NCBI GenBank assembly: GCA_964016885.1
Contig: OZ024743.1
Location: forward strand, 241,242,001-241,306,000
Length of the DNA: 64,000 nucleotides
Reading direction: 5' to 3'
DNA from: Eledone cirrhosa
Lineage: Eukaryota
The notes below the pieces were generated by a model that ran no database searches, had not been told where the DNA came from, and was given only the letters and a program-made list of their open reading frames with translations. The position numbers and the translations under genes are program-made. This document shows positions 58,001-64,000 of the stretch, piece by piece (the stretch's first letter is position 1; every line of letters starts with the position of its first letter).

Positions 58001-60045
58001 GAATAGGCAACCATGAACATTTGTGGACAGCTTAACAGGGGGTGGGGAAACATTTTAATAGGACTCGATTGTAGGGTTTGACGCAAGGGTTACCTACGTC
58101 GTTAGCAAATTTTTCTTTTAATTGTTTATGTGTGTCAATGGAGGTCCTAATCATTTTAAGATTAGTATTCCCCGAAGAGTGTGTAAAAGTTTTCCCTTCG
58201 GTCTCCACCGAAGGGTTTTTATATATGGTGTCTGTTAAAGTTTTATTGTTAGTATTTATGTAGGTGCAACATTTTTGTTGTGTTGGGTTGCTTTTTGTCT
58301 GTGGTTCTTGTGTGTGTTTACGTTTTGTAGTAGGTGTTTTGTTTTCAGGAGGGGTTGTTTTTGTTTGTGCTGTTTGCGTCGCTTGTGTTGGTGTTTGTGT
58401 GTTTGTTACATTTTTGTTTGTGTTATGTCTTTTATTTTTTATTTTTACTGGTCGGAAAGGCTCTCCCTCATCGTCACTGGGTGACGATGATGAGGCCTCA
58501 TCCGTGTTGTTGGGGAGGGGTACGTTTTGGGGAACTATTATGTGTGTGGTGTTTCTGGAGTTGTTTTAGGTGGGGAGGTGTTGGGTGGGACTGTGTTTGT
58601 CGTTTGTTTTGTTGTCACTATTTTTTTTTATGTTGTTGTTGTGGTGGTGGTGATTGTTGTGCTGGTGTTGCAGGTGTTGGCAGTAGTGCATTTTTTTGGC
58701 TAGTTAGTCGAGGACAAAAAGCTCTCAGGTAACCCCTGCTTGAGCAGTGGTAACATGAGGGCCGCCTACCCTCGACCAAAATGTTTATGTATATAAGCCC
58801 ATCCATCAACACACGTTCAGGGATCCTAGCTATTCGTTCTGGTGTCATTTGGACCAGAACTTCCAGGCTAGTTCCGCTGAACAGGTCGCCGTTTCGTGGT
58901 TTAAAAATCCACATAGTACCCACCAAATGTCAATATTTGTTGTGATACTTTGGATTTTTATTTTCTGTATCCTTTTCCCCATGTAAGTGGGGAAAAAGGT
59001 GAACAGCGGTGACACAATTGGCGGCACAAGATATTTATGTGCCGTCAATTGGTCTTTCATTAGAATGGATAAACTCCCGTTGTGTCTACCCTTCTGAATA
59101 AAAGCAATGTCTTTTAAGGCATTTTTTAAAACCAACTCAATTTTGCCTTGTGAAAGTTGAGTCGGTTTTCGTGTTTTATTTGGGATTGTCCTGAAAATCA
59201 CAGTTTTCAAGGCAGCTTCTCTTCGCAAATCTGGGGGAAAGTTTATGGAGATTGATCCGTACTCCCCAAAAGTTACATATTGTCTGGCGTTATTCAAAAT
59301 CTCATTTGCATTTGAAATATCTACCGTAGTGTAGCTTACCGTTTTATTTACGGTTTGCGCAAATGATATTTTGTCGTTAACTTCCTTGTTGCAATTATTG
59401 GTACTGTTGTTGTTATTATTGTTCTTATTGTTGATGTTGTTGATGTTGTTTTCGTTTTTTCCGCTGTTGGTGTTGTTGTTGGTTGTGGTTTTGTTGTCGT
59501 TGTTCTTCTTGTTCTCGTTGTCACTGTTGTTGTTGATGGCGTTGTTTCGGTTTGTGCCATTCACAGTTTTCGTGTTGGTGGTGCTGGTGTTGTTGTCAGG
59601 GTGGGTTTTAAACATATCGAAGTGTTTCAACGTCCTCCACCACCTCTGTCTAATGGTTGGCTGACAGATTTGACGTTGTTGTTGTTTTTGTTGCTGTTGT
59701 TATTGGTGGTGATAACAGCAGGCAGGCAGCCTCCACTTGCTACTAGTGCTGTGGAAGGTTATATTAACAGCCCATCTCTACAATTCTCTGATGTGTTTTT
59801 GTGAACATGAGGTCAAAGAATTTGGCCATTTTGGGTATATTCAAAATTCCGGTAGAAATTTTGTGGAATTTCTCCGTTTTTCGCCCTGATGGGCTTATTA
59901 TTTGGGGTTGCTACCACCTACAAAGTGTAGGGTGGCAGCTTATCTACAAAATGGTGTAAGAATGTAGATTTAGTTAATGCAATTTCCAATGAAATTAAAA
60001 CATTTACTCACCAGCGCGTTTTCTACGTGTTAGACATAATCCGAG
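55072..60045 (-). mobile_element. L1/Tx1-clade LINE, decayed, internally deleted
   Basis: ORF1 pieces 58618-59630 (Asn-rich N-terminus, CYHCSSRGYLRAFC knuckle). ORF2 pieces: SDHK..YWKLN (end of APE), [37 protein letters not shown] zf-RVT. Confidence 0.88.
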
Positions 60046-60071
60046 ATAGAAAGTATATAGATAGATAGATA

Positions 60072-61122
60072 TGTTTCTTTTATTTGCCACCAGGGCATCA
60101 AAAGTGGGACAAGTACAATAGGGGAGTTTACAAAACAAGGCGTCCTCAATAGGGAGGAGGCAATAACAATATATAAAAATAAAATAAAATATAACAAAAA
60201 ATAAAATTTATAACAAAGTCCTCAATAGAGAGGAGGCGCCTTGGGGGGGGGGGGGGGGTCACCCCCCCCCCGGAAAAAAGGGTGCAACCCTTTTCCTCGG
60301 GAGCACAGAGAGGGGGTAATCCCTTGGTCTTTCATCTTCCTCACCTATAGTCTGATGTAGAGTGAAGGCCCATTCACACGGGCCATTCTCGCCACTTTCA
60401 CCCATCTTTCATAAAAACGGCTGGGGTGCAGCACCTCTCTCTCCATCCTGATCCTTCTTCCGAAATGATATCGGAAGAAACGGACCAGTTGTTGGCCAGA
60501 GAGAAAGGTGTCTGACCTCAGTCCTTTCAGACGCGTCCACCATACAACCTCTTTCGCCATGGCTATTACGCACAGAAACACCGCCTCTTCTTCGTTTTTG
60601 AAGAGGGGAGGCGGCTTGATCGTTACAATAGACTCGGTGGTCAACCGGATCGGTCCCACCCTTGACAGCAGTTGTTCGACATAGCCCCACAGATCGGCAA
60701 TGCCCGAGCAGTGTACCAATGCGTGTGCAGCGGTTTCCTCGTCGCACACGCATCTGGGACAGATCTTTTTCGAGGGGTCCCTACCCGGGCGCCCGTGTCT
60801 GTAGAGCCTTTCTCGAACGGGCAGAGCCCTTCTGTAGCATTGCCAGGCCAGGGACCTCTGGAAGTTATCCATGGGTCCCGGGCTGAATGTCCTACCGAAC
60901 AGGTTAGCCAGTTCGTCTTCCTCCATGCCTAGGGCTTCTCCGAGGGCGTCGTCGCACCTGCTAACCACCAGCCCTCTATAGAATGACGAGGTGGATTGTC
61001 CACTGACAGCCGGGTTCGCCTGCCAGAGAATCGTGAGCGCCTGGACACACTCGGTGTGCCAGGCGCCCAGTTTTCTCGGTCTTTGCTTGACCCAGGATTG
61101 CAGCTCGGTGAGTGAGACGAGT
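60072..61122 (-). mobile_element. 3' fragment of a related L1/Tx1 LINE
   Basis: [33 protein letters not shown]; paralogous to 55301-56090. Confidence 0.88.
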
Positions 61123-61188
61123 ATATAGATAGATAGATAGATTGATAGATAGACAGATATATAGATATACGTACACGTTTTGTAGTTA

Positions 61189-61238
<50 letters not shown>

Positions 61239-61498
61239 GCATGTATCTAGATATATATTGATATATATAAATATATCATATATCATATATATATAAATAT
61301 GTAAGAGTATATATATACTTATATATATATATATATAAGTATATATACTTATATATATATAAATATGTAAGAGTATATATATACTTATATATATATATAT
61401 ATAAGTATATATACTTATATATATATATATAAGTATATATACTTATATATATATATATAAGTATATATACTTATATATATATATATATATATATATAA

Positions 61499-61533
<35 letters not shown>

Positions 61534-61554
61534 TATATATATATATATATATAA

Positions 61555-61609
<55 letters not shown>

Positions 61610-61693
61610 TATATATACTTATATATATATATATATATATATAAGTATATATACTTATATATATATATATATATAAGTATATATACTTATAAA

Positions 61694-62026
61694 CTTATCG
61701 TTTTCGGTATGCCTGACCGATTTAACTCACTCAATATGCAAATTAGGCTGCTCAGCCGTTAATTTTCATAAGGAAAGTATATACTTTCGAACGTTCAACT
61801 ATCTGGCAGATGGGTAAACGGTGCTGATGATAGCTAACAAGCTTGAAACTAGTACATCGTTCCTGTGTCAGTGTTGAACAAAAAGGTGACGTGGTTGCCT
61901 TAACACCGTATGGCATAAATTCAGGCTGTTCGCTTTGTTGACAAACAAACGAACAAAGCGGCCGGCGTTATAATAAACGTCGACTAAACTGATGCGTGCA
62001 TATATGTATGTGTACCTGTATGCATA

Positions 62027-62063
<37 letters not shown>

Positions 62064-62511
62064 GCATGCTACTGTACGTCTGTATACATATATGTATGTA
62101 CGTATACATACATACTTACATTTAAGTAAGTGCCATACTAAGAGTGAGAAATGAAATTTCGTTTTCATTTTTTTTCAACTTATCGTTTTCGGTATGCCTG
62201 ACCGATTTAACTCACTCAATATGCAAATTAGGCTGCTCAGCCGTTAATTTTCATAAGGAAAGTATATACTTTCGAACGTTCAACTATCTGGCAGATGGGT
62301 AAACGGTGCTGATGATAGCTAACAAGCTTGAAACTAGTACATCGTTCCTGTGTCAGTGTTGAACAAAAAGGTGACGTGGTTGCCTTAACACCGTATGGCA
62401 TAAATTCAGGCTGTTCGCTTTGTTGACAAACAAACGAACAAAGCGGCCGGCGTTATAATAAACGTCGACTAAACTGATGCGTGCATATATGTATGTGTAC
62501 CTGTATGCATA

Positions 62512-62550
<39 letters not shown>

Positions 62551-62998
62551 GCATGCTACTGTACGTCTGTATACATATATGTATGTACGTATACATACAT
62601 ACTTACATTTAAGTAAGTGCCATACTAAGAGTGAGAAATGAAATTTCGTTTTCATTTTTTTTCAACTTATCGTTTTCGGTATGCCTGACCGATTTAACTC
62701 ACTCAATATGCAAATTAGGCTGCTCAGCCGTTAATTTTCATAAGGAAAGTATATACTTTCGAACGTTCAACTATCTGGCAGATGGGTAAACGGTGCTGAT
62801 GATAGCTAACAAGCTTGAAACTAGTACATCGTTCCTGTGTCAGTGTTGAACAAAAAGGTGACGTGGTTGCCTTAACACCGTATGGCATAAATTCAGGCTG
62901 TTCGCTTTGTTGACAAACAAACGAACAAAGCGGCCGGCGTTATAATAAACGTCGACTAAACTGATGCGTGCATATATGTATGTGTACCTGTATGCATA

Positions 62999-63037
<39 letters not shown>

Positions 63038-63095
63038 GCATGCTACTGTACGTCTGTATACATATATGTATGTACGTATACATACATACTTACAC
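61694..63095 (+). repeat. Second tandem array (~2.9 units of 485-487 bp) of the HHR repeat
   Basis: HHR cores at 61824, 62309 and 62796. Near-identical to the 18.5-24.6 kb units, with diagnostic variants (gtcgactaaa, tcaacttatc, shorter TA tract). Confidence 0.93.
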
Positions 63096-63358
63096 TTATA
63101 TATATATATATAAGTATATATACTTATATATATATATAAGTATATATACTTATATATATATATATATATATAAGTATATATACTTATATATATATATATA
63201 TAAGTATATATACTTATATATATATATATATAAGTATATATACTTATATATATATATATATAAGTATATATACTTATATATATATATATATATATAAGTA
63301 TATATACTTATATATATATATGTAAGTATATATACTTATATATATATATATATATAGG

Positions 63359-63408
<50 letters not shown>

Positions 63409-64000
63409 TGTGTGTGTGTGTGTATGTGTGTGTGTGTGCGTGCGTGCGCGCGTGTCTGTGCATATATGTATATCTATGTGTATATATATCTATGTGTATA
63501 TTTATATATATATATATATGTATATATATAGATACATATATACCGCTACTAATATACTAATATATACATACACGCATGTGTTTCTCTACATGTCTCTATG
63601 TGTGTGTGTGTATGATTTGGAGTATATGTGTGTTTGTGTGTGTAGCTAGTTTCATGCAATCCTCACCACGTCATATGGGCTGGCGTATTCCCCTCGTCAG
63701 AAATATCTGACAGACACTTGTATTATATCTTTAATACTTTTGTTGATTCTCTCTCCTCTGTTTTCTCACAATAACATTGTAATTGCATGCTGTTTCGATT
63801 TACTCTTCATTTTTTTTTCATAAATTCTTCTTATATCAGCGTTCTATGTTGTGAAACTCCTGACGCAAACTATTTATACATCTATCTGTCAATCATCCAA
63901 TCAAAACAACAAATAATGTATTAGCTAATTGAGCATTGAATCAGACAAAATGTCTGTCAGCTTGTCTCGCTTTTTTCACACACACGCAAACTCACACATA

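Overview
AT-rich eukaryotic repeat-dense DNA. The SINE and LINE families resemble those of octopus or other cephalopods (inference). I find no host protein-coding gene. Long (TA)n-derived microsatellites separate a patchwork of mobile elements: at least seven Penelope-like element (PLE) fragments (five Naiad-type, two Neptune-like), an internally deleted Helitron with both termini, an RTE LINE, two L1/Tx1-type LINE fragments, a CR1-like 3' end and two tRNA-derived SINE families. The main unannotated signal is RNA-level. By eye I find roughly 35-40 type-I hammerhead ribozyme (HHR) motifs from about 14 sequence families. They occur in PLE pseudo-LTRs, in non-coding fold-back (palindromic) elements, and in a ~500-bp HHR-bearing tandem repeat (retrozyme-like). 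That repeat is present as a 12-copy array, a 3-copy array and a diverged copy. Several HHRs have non-canonical cores, including a compensatory U3:A8 pair in two unrelated families. A short (A/G)CTC...GAG(T/C) hairpin sits just outside the inverted-repeat boundary in several unrelated families, suggesting a shared cis-signal. All folds were inferred by eye; nothing was computed or searched.
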